Source: Phoronis australis
Lineage: Eukaryota; Animalia; Phoronida
Direction: 5' to 3'
NCBI GenBank assembly: GCA_002633005.1
Contig: NMRA01000128.1
Coordinates: 607,482-671,481 of the forward strand
DNA: 64,000 nucleotides
This document shows, piece after piece, positions 50,717 through 64,000 of the stretch. Both the position numbers and the translations under genes were made by a program. The stretch's first letter is position 1. The number at the start of each line of letters is the position of its first letter. Below the pieces are notes generated by a model. That model was not told the DNA's origin. It saw only the letters and a program-made list of their open reading frames with translations, and did no database searches.

Positions 50717-52676
50717 AGGAGAATACCACCCGATTTTATTAGTCTTTTTTACCATATTAATCGGTCTATATCCACATCACCTCGTATGCGGTCGATCGAA
50801 CCTCCCCGAGAGGTGTCGCGTTAAGCTGTGAGGAAGGTGAGAAACGACGCGGCGACGTCAGTGGCTCTTCTGCAGAGTGAATGCCGCTATGGTGTGGTGT
50901 CACGTTCCCGCTTGTGCAAACTATGAAGCTGCGAGGAAAGCGGGTATATCGTTTTTTTTTTTTGATTTCCTCGAGAGCTCATAATGCTTCGGAAGTGGGT
51001 CGCGGTAGTGAAGAATGATAACTACGCCGTTAATACCAAGTATGAGGCCGTGAAACTTCCCCTAGTCTGTCAGTGGCCTGCATTTCGTCGAATTGGTTGT
51101 TGATCAGTTTTTGATTATGGAGAATTGTAGTTGGCCATGAAAACACAATTAATTCAAGGCGTTAGAACATAACGTTTTATATAATCTGTTTGATGACTGA
51201 CTCGTTCGTGAGGCTTCTGTGTGGTGCTCTGTGTGTAGGACGTTTTTGCCGAGTTCTTTTTCTCAGCCTTAAAAAACGTCATAAGCACACCTCTGTTTAG
51301 ATGCGGTGCAAAATCAGGATGGTCCGTGAGACACATCTGCACTTCTCCAAGAAGGCGTTTCACGTATGGAGTTTCGTGGCAGCAAACGCAAGCGTCAGTC
51401 GTTTCCATTATCGTACGAGCAGTTAGCTCCGCAGTCATTCAAGCGGTTTTCGGAACTATTCATATGTTCCGTTGCCTGTGCACGTTCACGAAGCTTTTCA
51501 GTTATTTCTTGATCAGTGTATTCCTGCTCGAACTGATAGCCTGTAAAACCTAACCATCGACCGCTGAAGTCTTCGTCAGATGAGCTCTCGTCTAAGTCGG
51601 GATTACGAGTTACCACGTTGACGTGCGTTCTGTTTCAAAATGAATTATTCTCACCCTAACCAGTGCTTATATAAAACTGAAAAAGGACTGTCTCATTAGA
51701 TACAATTTGTAATGCCTTGGAGTGTTCGTGAGTTTTTAGAAGACAGCTATGAATAAATCACTGCGTTAACGACTTTAGATGCAACAAACTAATTGACCGG
51801 GCACCGAGGTCGTGTCAGTGCATGCCAACTCAGTGTTTGCTGACAGAAAGCTGTTGTGAAATAATAACTCGATTTTATATCCTAGGGTCAAAGGTTAGGG
51901 GAATCTCTATTTAGGTGTTCATATAAATTATTCGAATCATTGTTGCGGTACAACTTTTGCCCTGACGGTTCTGTGGAAGGGTAACCTGATTTTGCGGCCC
52001 TCGACGAGCTAGTAAGTAGATTTGCAGTTTTGCGACTATTTCACCAAAATAACCACGTGAACATTTTTTCTTTGGCTCACTAGTGTAGCCTTTTCGTGAC
52101 TGGAAATTTAGTTTCCAACTTTGGCTGGTTTATGTTCGTGATGTCTCCAGTCTGGCCGCGATGGGCCTGATAGGGTTATTCCGAGCCACTGGCCGGGATA
52201 ACAAGCGTTTTGTGTGTTTAGAATTGAAAAAAATCGCAAGTCTAAAATTTTAACACAAAGCTATGTTCTCCTGTCTGTAATTCACAGATAACTAATTTGA
52301 ATTTGTCACCGAACGGATCCCAAACTCCCGCGACCGACCTTGGTAGATTGGCCTACCGAACTTTGTAGGCTGCGGTACGTTCAAATACCTATAAAATAAT
52401 ACGTTCTTTCAATAACTCGATGTATTCGTAAGGATTTTACATCAAATTTTGATGATTTATTGGTGTAAAACGATGAATTTAAGCGATTAACTAACACCAG
52501 TAAGCGTGTTGAGAACTGCTGAACAGATTGCATTCGAACCGATTACGTCATTGGTTAATTTCAACACCTCCGTCTGCCGTCAGGTGTCAGGTAAAAGATC
52601 TGTACTTGCTGTTATCGAGTGGAACTACTCGCTTTAAATTGATACAAACTAGGTTGTTTTTGGGTGGCATTCTCCT
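50717..52676 (+). mobile_element. Kolobok internal-deletion derivative with THAP remnant (+) and KolX-like remnant (-)
   Basis: TIR AGGAGAATACCACCC / GGGTGGCATTCTCCT; TTAA TSD at 50713-50716 and 52677-52680; both ends match 19670-20868 in reverse; THAP from 50881. Confidence 0.85.
51154..51616 (-). pseudogene. KolX / P2X7 ballast-like Cys-rich protein remnant, frameshifted
   Basis: GYQFEQEY...NRLNDCGANC then CVCCHE...CLTDHPDF..HLNRGVL across ORFs 51395..51616 and 51154..51438. Confidence 0.7.
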
Positions 52677-53339
52677 TTAAATGAGGTAAGAGATATATGA
52701 TACTATACACATGCGTCCACTTGCTTTGTTGATTTTTTCACGTTCTCGCGAATCACGGTTTTTCAAATCAGTAACAAATCGTGAGATCTTTGCACTCCCT
52801 TTTATTTTTGTTTTAACCTGAGAAGTCTTCATGAACGTGTGTAGAACTGTGGCTTTTTCATTTTGTCAAGCGTTTCCTAGGGCGTAGGATGCAGCGGAGA
52901 GTGCCGTAGGCACACAGGCGATGTTTTGCCTCACGGCTGAATTCAGTAGAAACAAGAATCGAGTGAAGAAAGCTGGTGTTATCTCATTCACTTTGTAAGC
53001 CAAAACTACTGCAGTATTTTACTCAGAGCTAGTCAGATTATCTGCTCATTTAAGCAGATACTATATTTTCAAGTTAAAAGGCATATCTAATATCTGTCGT
53101 CAAAACCAATACCAAGCGGCCATTTCTGATTTTAAGAACTCCTTCCCCTTGTCTTTCCCATAATTTTGCCCTTTCCTCGAACTATTTTTTGACGCACTCA
53201 CGAAATGTCGTCGATTTCCACATGTTGTTTTGCAGTTCTGATTGAACTAGTGAATGAGAGTAATTTCTGATAGTATGTCATCCTGAGATGTCAGTTGTCC
53301 TGAGGGAACGGAAACCGAAAACCTTCGACAAGATGTCGC

Positions 53340-54610
53340 CCATTGGTCAAGAGTAAATGGACGCTCACTGTACTGGTTTGTTGGGCAAAGGTTCCGCAAA
53401 GAAAGACTTGGGTCAGGTAACCAGAAGACAGGCACCGCCAAGCAACGCAGAGGAACGATGGACAGAAATTCCTCGTTCGTTGATGACCAGAAACAAAGGT
53501 GACATTGAGTGTTTCAGTTGTCATCGGAAGGGTCATCTAGCCAGGGACTGTGGAATGAAAGACTCCCAATCGAAAAGATTTGTTGCAGGAAAGCACTCGT
53601 CTGCCTCGCAGCAGGAACGGGCCAAGAGAGAAGACACCAAGAAGACAGTGACGTGTCAAGCTGTAGTAGCAAAGGGTAGTCCGATAGAGCAGCACATAGT
53701 TGACGGCTGTCTGAAATTAGTTGATTGGACATCGATACCCGTCGAGACAGGGAGTTGTGATAAACACAGAGAACCTCCTGCTGACCACAATATGCCCGTT
53801 TGTGACGGTTACATCAACGAGAAAAAAAAATAAGCATGACGTGACACCACTCCTTGCAATCTAAAATGCAATGGATTGTTTGGGCATATTAACAGTGTAC
53901 TGAAGAGCATGCTTAAGAAAATGTGCCAGAGCGTCCACAAGACTGGGACCGGTACTTTCCAGCAGTACCGTTTGCCTATCGAGAAGTACCACAAATGAGC
54001 ACAGGTTTTTCGCCATTTGAACTTTTGTATGGTAGAACCGTGAGAGGCCCCACGCAGGTGCTTAAAGAATTGTGAAAATGAAACACCAGAAGTACGAAAT
54101 ACTTATGAGTATGTCCTCGACTTGTGACATCGTCTGGAAGAGTCATGTTGTGCAGGAGGAAGTTGACAACATGTTAAAGTGTGGATTCATAGAACCTTCC
54201 GATGCTCCCTACAACTCTTCGGTGGTCTTGGTGAATAAGAAGGACGGTTCAAATCGATTCTGCATCAATTTTCGTCGTTTGAACGCCATCACCAAGTTCG
54301 AATCGGAACCGATGGGCAATCCTGATGACATCATGGCTAAGATCAGTAAGGACCAGTACTTTACGAAGACTGACCTTAGTAAAGGATACTGGCAAGTCAT
54401 TGTCACCGAAGAATCACTGCCAAAGACCTCGTTTGTAGGACCACGTGGTTGCTACAAGTTCGTAAAAATGCCATTTGGTCTGGTAAATTCGGCATCGATC
54501 ATCAACTGCCTGATGAGGAAGATGTTGGCAGGAGCACATAATGCAGAACTTTATGTGGATGACATTCTGTGCCATAATAAGGCCTGGACTGAACACATTG
54601 TTGCCATGTG
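53340..54610 (+). mobile_element. Degenerate Ty3/gypsy LTR-retrotransposon remnant, Gmr1-like order (gag knuckle, integrase, RT)
   Basis: CFSCHRKGHLARDC; integrase DWDRY..FAYREVPQMSTGFSPFELLYGRTVRGP (~53845-54074); RT KKDGSNRFCINFRRLN, DLSKGYWQ, MPFGL, YVDD; no LTRs found. Confidence 0.85.
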
Positions 54611-57600
54611 ACGGCATAACATGTTAAGGTTATTTTATTCTGTCTGGTAGCCTGCAAGTGTTCATTGGTTTCTCATTTTTGTGTTTATATATCTACTCAA
54701 ATCGACCGATTAATAGAAAATTTCGACAATTAGAAGAATATATTGTAAGAAATTTTGACTGTTTCAGTGAATTTAGATACAAGTTATTGTTCTGGAATCA
54801 TCCAACCCACCGCCTTCCAGATGATGTCAATCTGAGGTTACCCTTTAAGAAAATGCCGTTTCCCATATGTGAAATTTGACGTAAGTTGGTGAAATTTAGT
54901 CATTTCTAAATATCGTGAGACGATGTCCCGTCCTTTTGATTTCAATTTGGAATCCTCATAACGTGAGTTTCGTAAATAATACCGTCAAAAAGTCACCGTT
55001 TCCGTTCTGGTAGCTGCCATCCCCATGTTTCCTCCCCAGTCAACTTCGCACGCCTATGACGTTGGGTTACGAAATTGGGGGCGGAAGTGGTGGCCATAGG
55101 GGGATCTGAAATTTGGAGCACGAGGATTGAAAAATTTATTTTGTGACTGTTTGCAACAGTAACGTTTCATGACATAAAGACAAGCTAGTGTGAGTGCATT
55201 GTAAAACACATCTATAGACTCGGGAAGGGAAAAATGAGGGCATACATATATGTATCTATGTGTCTAGGGCAAGGTATGGCGTTATACGGAAACCCTAACA
55301 TGATGTGGACGCAGTAGTAAGTAACTTAGTGCAAGTTTAACAGTGCAGTCGACTCAGTAGTGAAGTCATGAAGGTGTTGAAACCAACACAGAAACACTGC
55401 AGTTCCACCGTGATTGACACGAAGTATTGTGGCGAAGAGGCCGACAGTTATGTATCATTATAAAAGGTGGAGCCACTCATGTTGCTCAGTGCCTGATTTT
55501 TTCTTCGGGAGCCTGGACCACTTTTTTCAGCGGGCCTGGGCCATTTTTATCAGGGACCGCAGTTCTCAAAAAATGCGGCGTGTATCTTCCACAAGGACCT
55601 GAAATTGACATGCACAACTCTGCAGATTAAAATTATTCAGGGTTTCAAGTTCAAAACGATAATCCTTGAGAAGGCAGTAAAGTTCCCAGTTTTAGTGTTT
55701 GTGCGAGGAAGGGAGTCATGATCAATAGTTGTTTGATTTCCATTTTTGGCATATCGTGACGTATTAAGGGTTCCCCGATCATGACATCAACTGTTGCTTT
55801 TTCATTGTTTTTTTTTAATTGTAGTTTCTTTCATCTTAGAGGAACCGTTCTAGTAGGTCATGTGGTTACTGCTGCATTCAACCTCTTTTTGTGTAATTAT
55901 ATATCATGTCTGAAAGAAGGTCCCGGATGATGGTTCAATCGTCGCTCATTTCTTCATACGTTCATAGTAGATGCCCCTCTCGAAGGTTGCCTGCTTTGAA
56001 GAGGGGGAGGGGTGGCGGCCAGGGCAATTGCCTATTTACCCTCCTATACATCCGTCACTGGTTCAGTTTTCACACTTACTAGTGGACATCGTTGTCGGTC
56101 TACGATGATGTAAAATGGTGTTATCTCCGATATTCCGGTACCGACAATGGGGCTGATATTTTTCACACGTTGAAAAGCGATTGCGCATGGTCAGCCAAGA
56201 CCGCCATGAAAGTTTAAACATTTATGAACACGTAAGTTTGATTTTGATGGGTTTTTTGGTATTCAGTACATTTTTACTCAAAAGGTGTCACCTGCTCTTA
56301 ATCTAAATTTTGATTGTCAGGTTTCCTCTAAGCGCACCAGCTTCAACAATATCAGCCATAGATCGTGTCTGCAAAATACGAGGCCACCACGCAAACTGTA
56401 GATTTTTGAACCAATATTTTTTTGTTGTTTACTCGTCTCAGTGGTTAGGGAAAGTTACCAGAAATTCAAGGGAATTAAATAAACCTCTACGTGTGCACCT
56501 ACTTGATATTTCTCACCAACTATAATTTCCCAAGTCATAAAAAAACACTGAACTCCCGCTAATCTCTTGACTTGCACTTATTTCTGTTTCCATCTGATGA
56601 GTCTCTATGGACTTGTGAAGAACTGTGAGTCCATTAAATCAACTAGTTCATGCGATTTCCAACTATTCAATACTAAGTGTGTGCATCAATTGAAAATCCG
56701 AGTAATGAATTTCTCATGAAAGCCAATTTTTGTTACTGTGTGAAATAGTAAAACTTCAAGGCATAGCACAGATGAGTGCAAATGAGTTATCAAATACATC
56801 TACGGATTCCGCCTAAAAGGAATTTCTCTGGTTGTGTATGCCCTTATGTTGCTTGTTCGAGAATTTCTATAGCTGATCCCTGGGCGGCTTTACGATAATC
56901 CACAATGTAGCTATAAGTATACATCTACAGTAGTTTCCTCTGTGTCTACGGTATAATTAAAAACATGCGCACAGGGAGCTTTTAAGGAAACTCTGTTGAA
57001 TACATTTTTGGCAACGTGTTTCACATGTTTGAAAATGCATTTTTTCTTTAAAAAAGGACACGGCAGAACTCGTGCGGTGTTCCTAAAACATTAAAAACGA
57101 CATTGCGCATCCGTAACACTGGCACATCCCATTTGCAGCGCAGAAATCTGTCAGTGTGAACTAAATCTCAACTTATCATTTTTAAGTGCTACTTATTGCA
57201 AACTATTTACTCTTCTTCAGTTAAGTGAATGTATCCAACTCAAGTAATGGCTCAGACAATGTGAGCGAGAACATTTTGGATGCGAAGTAAAACAATTCTG
57301 ATGCTGGAAGATGCCAACTAAAAGGACAAACTCAAAACCCCATCGACATCTTTAAAAACAAAACTGGAAAGCTCTATGATTCAAACGAATGCATTTTCAC
57401 TGTAGAACAAAACAGTGAGACATTTCCCGACGTAGTTTTAATTTTGCTTATGATACATACCTTAATTAGGGTGAACTAATAATTATGATACAGTGCACAA
57501 GTTTCTAGATAATAAACTTTCACATTTTTAGACACCAAATTGATATCGATGAGCGTGCAAGCTAGTCGGATCTACGGTCATATTTGTCTTTTAGCTGCTT

Positions 57601-60192
57601 TCCGATCAAATGTGCATATGCTCTGCCCTGGTACAGGTTACGTGTGTGCTGAGTTTTTCTCTGCTTGACCGTTTGCAAAAACACACCACCACCCCACCCC
57701 CTCTCCCCCTGCAACGCTGATATCGTTTGAAAGCCTTACGTTGTTAGAGGACTGTCCTTATCCAGCGGCAAGACAACCATAGGGAGACCTGGAAAATGTG
57801 AGTATCACATTAAAGCATATCTCAATAATAAGAAACTTTATAAACTGGAGTAGAGTGCGACCATAATATTATTATATAATTGTGACCGACTTGCATGGTT
57901 TCATAAGAAGAGAATGCGTTCATTAATTAATTTTCCAGCTCATATGCTTCGTCTCAGCTTGTATCACGAACGACTCTTTTCGACGATGTGTCCTATTTTT
58001 CTTCCAGCATAAATATTATAAACCCGACTTCCTTTTCTCGAAATTAAAGAGACAACTCGTCTGTAACTTTCAGTGACAATGTAAAAGAGCCATTTAATGC
58101 TCCGTTTACCAAAACTCTTTTATAAACTTCGAATAAAAATGTATTGAGATACGCACAGCAGAGTTAGTAATACCTAAAACCTCTAACTAAACTTTCATTT
58201 ATCACACCAGTCACGAGTTTGTTTAAATTAATTGAAGCCGATAATCGTCGCTTTGCGTGAAAATGTCAGTTAGTGCTTTTGTATTGGAAATTTCCCCATG
58301 CAATTTGGTTGAAAGCATTGCCATAGAATCGGTCTTATGCCTTTAATAACGTTGCGTGCTGAAAATGTTTTTATGAAAGAGAAAATCTCTTTGATGACAT
58401 TAGTCGCGTACAAAACAAATTTGTTTTACAAACATTTCAGTAATTCAGATGCATATGTTTTTTACTTAACAACGGACACTAGTTTTTATCAAAATTCTAT
58501 TAGATTTCTTATCGAGTGTCATAACCGTTGTTCGCTGCCTTAGGTACAAAATTTGAATATAACTAGCGAAACTTGCCTGTTTTTGAGGCTATATTTAATA
58601 CCAAGTATTGCTCTTTTCTACGAACTAGTAGTACCGGTAATTAAAACACTCTTGTAATATAAAATGACTGTGGAACATATAAAGCATGACTTCACGATCC
58701 CTGTTTTCTAGGACAATATTTTGCTGATGCAGTAGTTCGAGCTAAGTTTGATAAGTTACAAAACTAGAATGTGGTTGAAATGTTTATTGTAAGATAAAGT
58801 AATAATGAAAAAACTAGTGCTATGATAGGTACATAAAACTATTTTATTTAACATAACAAAGATCAGCGACAAAAATCCGCCATAGACATGCACGAAATGG
58901 AGACACTAAATATAACCTGGAGAGACGGAGTAAAACTTCACTAGTGTAAAATACTATGAAAAAGAAGGGTGGGAGGCGGGAAAACACATTTTGAAGGTTG
59001 ACCAGAAACACGACTTGATCGCCTGAGTGCAGACAAGCTAATGAATTTCAGTGAACCCTCCGGCTGAAACAAAGAACTATAACGTAAAAGCAATCTATAT
59101 TTTCAGGAAAATGACATTCAACTTACATCGAAACTCGGAAATGATGATTTTGTTTAAGGGTTTTTGTTTATAGTCTAGGCGACTGATAGCAATCTCCCTT
59201 ATCCCCAATTTTCAACATCTCAATTTCGAAAATGTTCTCAAATCTCACAGGTGTTGTAGTTATAACACACGACTGACGTTAAAACCAGCAGGCTCAAAAG
59301 ACAGAATATAACTGATATAATTGATTACTCTGTCTTCAGTAGGCGTTTTAAACACATTAATTAAGAATTCAACTCAACCACAACTAACTGCGATGTTTTC
59401 CTGTAGCAGCAATATATCATCTCACGTGAGATCAATACAACGCATTAGCTACTACGAGTTCGAATCTAATACGATTATTAAGCATTACAAATTTCGCAGT
59501 AGATTATATCAATAGATAAGAAGTATGTGCTAAATGACGATATTTGCTAAGTTAAACTTGTTCCATTTACTTAGAAGAACACGTGGTGTTAGGTAAATAC
59601 ATTAGGTGTTGGGAAAGGAAACGACTTACTAAGCTAAAGATATGCAATAATTCACTTTGAGAAAACTTACAAACCTTACAAACTGTAAACTGAGGTTCCG
59701 AAAGTATGCCCATGAAAATTTTAGAGTGATCGGGATCAAAATTGCTTGTTCCAAATAAAACAGGCGCTTAGATCTAATTCACTTCAACGTAGACCCTGAT
59801 AAAGTTATTTGTTACACAAAGTTTACAAAATGAAATGCAAAATTAAAGGTAAAAGGTTCAAATGAACCTAACATTATCCCCGTTTTAGGTTTTTGAGAGT
59901 TAGGAGAGCAACTGAAATTTAAAAAATAGGCACACGACACAGCTTGAAATTAATATGGGCTGATAAACTAATAACGGGAAAATATTGCTATTGTTTGTAC
60001 TTGACATCATTTGAAATTAGTTTAAGAGTGACAAATGTATTACCAATTAATATTAGTGTCACATTTCATATGTTATATCACAACATTAGAAACTCCAAAT
60101 TTTTTTGAAAAATAAATATTACAGTTTCACCGGCAAAATAATAAATTTGAATACACCAACTAGCTAATTGCTTAGATGTTTTTGCAACTTAC

Positions 60193-60247
60193 CTCTCACG
60201 ACAACCCACGAGAGACATAAAACGAAAAAGAACGTAGTGATACGCAT
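60193..60247 (-). CDS. First coding exon (signal peptide) of the receptor
   Basis: MRITTFFFVLCLSWVVVR with donor GAG|GTAAGT, phase 1; splicing to 49831 gives VVVRA-TMND, a plausible signal-peptidase site. Confidence 0.7.
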
Positions 60248-61256
60248 CTCTGTCACTGTTGTCGTCGGTTCCGATAGCAAACAGCCTTAGGTCTTAAAAC
60301 ACCTATCTGTTTATGAAAGTCGATTAGACATCTTCCGACCCTTGCATCCGAAGATTTTGTCAATTAATTAGTCTTCCGATGTTATTTATTTTAAACGTCT
60401 GCGTACTTTTGACGTTAATGCTTCTGAAGAGGTTGTCAACATTCCGATGACCTCTCTCAACCTGGGCGTCTCAGTAAATGAGTGCATACCTTCATCTGAG
60501 TCGCCAACGTCGAGGTTTCAATTATTCATAAATTCAATCAACGCAGACGGTCATCAATATCAAAGGAATGGGGTCTTCTTATAGTATCCAGTAGAAAATC
60601 CACTCAAGTGCTTAACAAGACGTTTTTCTGCTTCTATGCCGTGACATTGCACATGTATTAGGAATTAATTAGTTAAATTTGCAGCACATTTGACTCAGGG
60701 TTCGCTCTCTCAAGATTCGCAGCATGAACACAAAAAACACGTGCTGTTACTAATAATATTAATGTTGTCGCTTAGCGATAAGCAGCTGTGCGTATCAATC
60801 ACGTAAAATAACACCCGTTGTGACAAGCACGCTAATTTAATTAGTTTGTTGACCAGTTGATTTCGTCCTTGTGCAAAGCACATGGAGTTACTTTGAAGTC
60901 CACTACATCCGGGTGACACACTTTGTTCAGAAATTATTTTAGAAACTTATTTTAAACTCAGGAAACAACATTTTGAAAGCCAAAAATGTGAATCCGAAAT
61001 ACTTCTTTATATGCCGGACAGGTGTAAAAAGGCATAGTTTTGAAGGCGTGTAAATCACAGAAAATCGAAATTTGACAAGATTCACGTAAAAAGGGACGTT
61101 TACCTTTGGGTTTTTTGGTTACTTTAGAATATTTTTACAGTAAAATGTATTTTGAGGTTTTGAACAATAACAATTCTTCCAAACCGGAAATGTGGCGTGA
61201 TGAGCAATCCTGAAAATTTTTGCCGGTTCGAGGGAGTTGTGTTCCCTTGCTCTTAA

Positions 61257-61412
61257 AGAGGCCTGGAACACGATAAACAGACTAAATGGCAATACTGAAA
61301 GTGGTTCTCTGCCACTTAAACAGAATTCACACTGTACTAGACGTTGCGAGATAGTACTTTCGTTAGGAATTGTTTAAAAATATTTTGACGAGCATTCGTG
61401 TTCCATGCCTCT
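61257..61412. mobile_element. Small TTAA-flanked MITE
   Basis: TTAA|AGAGGCCTGGAACACGA ... TCGTGTTCCATGCCTCT|TTTAA. Confidence 0.6.
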
Positions 61413-61742
61413 TTTAAGTTCTGAAACTGTCCTCAAATGTCGATACCATTGAGCCATCTCATTGGTCGAGACTACTGTAGATTTTCGGTCCCAGTTTCTG
61501 TACATAAAAAGTTGCAGTTTGGCTTAAACGATGATGCCAGACATAAATATACAAAACTAACACATTCTTCGACTTGTTCATAGTGTTAAGCTTCTAGGTT
61601 GAAGGACGGTTATTTTTTATCAATTTTCACACAAAGAGCATGTCTAGGATTTCGCCTGGGAACATTGGAGTTCAAAAGTAAAGGTATTTACATTCTACCT
61701 GGAATTCGGAAATTTTCATTTTGACAGCTGAGATGATATCAG

Positions 61743-62175
61743 TGGCCGGTTGCATGAAACAGTCCCAAATAGGGACTCAACTAAGGTATCTAAGTCTTTT
61801 TGCGTATTTTTGTCTTCATGGATCTCACAGATGCAATATTTTTCCATCATTTCATCTTTATTATGATCTCCTCTCTGATTAATGGCATTTTTTAATAATA
61901 TAACTAAAAACTGAGCCCAGAGTTCATTGAAAATAAATAGGGACTCAGTCCTTAAATTGGGGGTGTTGCATGAAATGATCCCTAATTATTTTCGATAATA
62001 TTGACAATTAAACGCAGTAGAGTTCACTCTCGATTTGTATCAAAGTCAAAAGTTGACTTAGTAATGAAACTAAAACAATAAAAGGGCAATGATGTTTTCA
62101 CAAGTCCAAAATTACGCAGTAGATTTAGGGAACTTAGTTGAGTCCCTATTTGAGTCTGTTTTATGCAACCGGCCA
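61743..62175 (-). mobile_element. PIF/Harbinger-type MITE, 433 bp, inverted copy of 9140-9572
   Basis: TIR TGGCCGGTTGCAT / ATGCAACCGGCCA; TSD CAG/CAG. Confidence 0.85.
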
Positions 62176-62866
62176 CAGAGTTATTAAAATATTTTGAGGA
62201 TTCATGCGTAACTTTGCATGTCTATGGCGATTTCCGTAAAAATCACAATTTTTAAGAAAAAACATTCACGTGACTATAAACATTCAATCGTCGTTTTGTG
62301 CACGCAAGACGTTTCTGCGCGTATCAAGGATTTTAAAAATATAGTTTTCTGAGTTAACCCTTCGACTTTTATGACATGTGTCGTGGAGAACTGGGGCTCT
62401 TGATAAGGCATGGAGTGTGTTGCCTTCCTTCAATAAAAACGACAGCAGAATGTTATAAATTAAATAAACAATTCCTTATCAAATGTCGCATTTTGCGTAT
62501 TGACATTTTTAAGAATTAAAAAACTGCAATTTCAATATTTCAGATAATAAAAATGATAACACCTCAATAAAAATGTACACACAATATTTATATTTGTAAA
62601 AAGTTAAGTGTAAAACAGAAACGTGTTATTTACTATATCATAACTGAATTGTTAACACAATCTATATTAGTGTAGTCCGAGTTCATACTCTCGCAACCTT
62701 TTGAACACCGTGGTGTACTGGCGGGTATTGTTTGTGAATATGTCCACTTTACCTCCCAAATGAGTTAAAATACCCATTTCCAACGGTATTACCGGCACAC
62801 CTAAACATGACTGACCCTACAGAAGTTTGAAGTTGGACATAGATGATAAACTTAAACAGTTACAGG

Positions 62867-62986
62867 CGGTAATGGTCTGATATAACGTGTCCGAATTTTG
62901 AGAACCAGTCTTCCCCACTAATTCACTAAATAACCGACATCAAATTGGTTCTCAAAATGCGGGCACGTTATGTCAGACTATTGTCG
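62867..62986. repeat. ~120-bp hairpin element
   Basis: GTCTGATATAACGTGTCCGAATTTTGAGAACCA pairs with TGGTTCTCAAAATGCGGGCACGTTATGTCAGAC. Confidence 0.7.
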
Positions 62987-63053
62987 TTACAGGCTACATT
63001 CTGATATGACGTCAATACCTACAAATAGGTCTTCCTTGATTGTAAGCCCAACT

Positions 63054-63276
63054 TCAACTTGAGGTTTTGTGGTTGAAAGGTAAGTTATGGGTGTTTTCCC
63101 AATGACGATAGTACAGCTGGTAAAGTAAAAATGTGACTACGACAAAAACAAAGACGAGCACAGAAATCTTTAACCAAGGCAGTTGAGAGTAGGGTCGTCC
63201 TTCGGCCTTCTCGTCGCTAGATGTCGTAGAGAATCCAGTCGCAACACTTGTGAAGGACTTGGACGACCGCGTTACA
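63054..63276 (-). CDS. Probable last exon of an upstream gene with a C-terminal TM helix
   Basis: Acceptor GTTTGTATTGCAG; Ser/Thr-rich stretch, then ISVLVFVFVVVTFLLYQLYY and a short tail to TGA. Confidence 0.45.
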
Positions 63277-64000
63277 CTGCAATACAAACTCACATTGTTA
63301 GCTTTACACTCTAATGAAGGGTTTGGCACTTGAATATTTGCTCACGACATTTTTGTCCGTGAAGATATAATGAGAATACAACAGCTTTAAACGATACAAC
63401 ACGTTTATAAGCCGTTACCAAGAACGATTAGTACAACAATAGTCAAATGTGGTCCATAAAATAAGTCCTTCATGAAATATGCAGATGTAAACAATGAAGT
63501 GAAAATGCTTAAAAGCTTTCTGAATTGTTGGTGGATTTTTGATGAAACAACGCCCTCTAGTCGCAATTCGCACCAGCTTTACAGAAATTGTGTATGATAA
63601 TGATTATGATAATTATCGAGGACTGAAACAGTGTGGATCACTGGTTCGGTCTAATTGATTGATTGGTTGGTTTTACAGCACGTGATAACAAATTAATATG
63701 ATAGATGAAATAGCATTATACGAGAAAACTAAATTGTGTACAACCAAGATTGCATCAAAATACGTTTCGCAGTCCCTTACAGATGACAAGTCAAACAAGA
63801 CGGACAAAATAATAATAATAGAAAACACTGAATCTGAGGACTCTCATTTTGGAGACCTGGGTTAAGTCTTTGCACTTCAAGCAGATCCTCCAGCGTTGCA
63901 CAAAAAGTCTCCCACTCTTATGCGCTTGGTTTTCAGTTCTGCTAATACGCACTCCGATTTTTCGTATAGAACTGCCTTATGAAACTAATCTAAGCCGTTT

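Noticed and set aside
56594-56625. CTGATGA hammerhead candidate
   Set aside because: No GAAA after the putative helix II and no helix I.
60424-60455. CTGAAGA plus hairpin as a hammerhead
   Set aside because: The stem is followed by TCTC, not GAAA; a plain hairpin.

Overview
Eukaryotic, AT-rich animal genomic DNA, probably a marine lophotrochozoan (inferred from the repeat families and the C-terminal membrane motif); no prokaryotic features and no CRISPR array. The main feature is a ~43-kb minus-strand multi-exon gene (ATG 60247 to stop 17441), assembled by hand from GT-AG, phase-compatible exons: signal peptide, ConA/LamG-like domain, calcium-binding-type EGF, partial discoidin/FA58C, 17 sushi/CCP domains in one 2.9-kb exon, a CCP-like module, an Arg-rich stalk, a TM helix and a cytoplasmic tail. 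Ten nt past its stop codon lies a 430-bp element with a tRNA-derived head between inverted arms, each carrying a minimal Penelope-type hammerhead ribozyme motif; the intact core is on the gene's sense strand. Introns and flanks hold many mobile elements, several with readable termini and TSDs: nested Academ-like elements (9-bp TSDs), two Kolobok derivatives (THAP, KolX/P2X7-ballast-like), two adjacent P-superfamily elements, a degenerate L1/Tx1-like LINE, a Gmr1-like LTR remnant and many MITEs/foldbacks. Probable exons of two further minus-strand genes lie at the window ends. All gene models and family calls come from reading the sequence; no searches were run.
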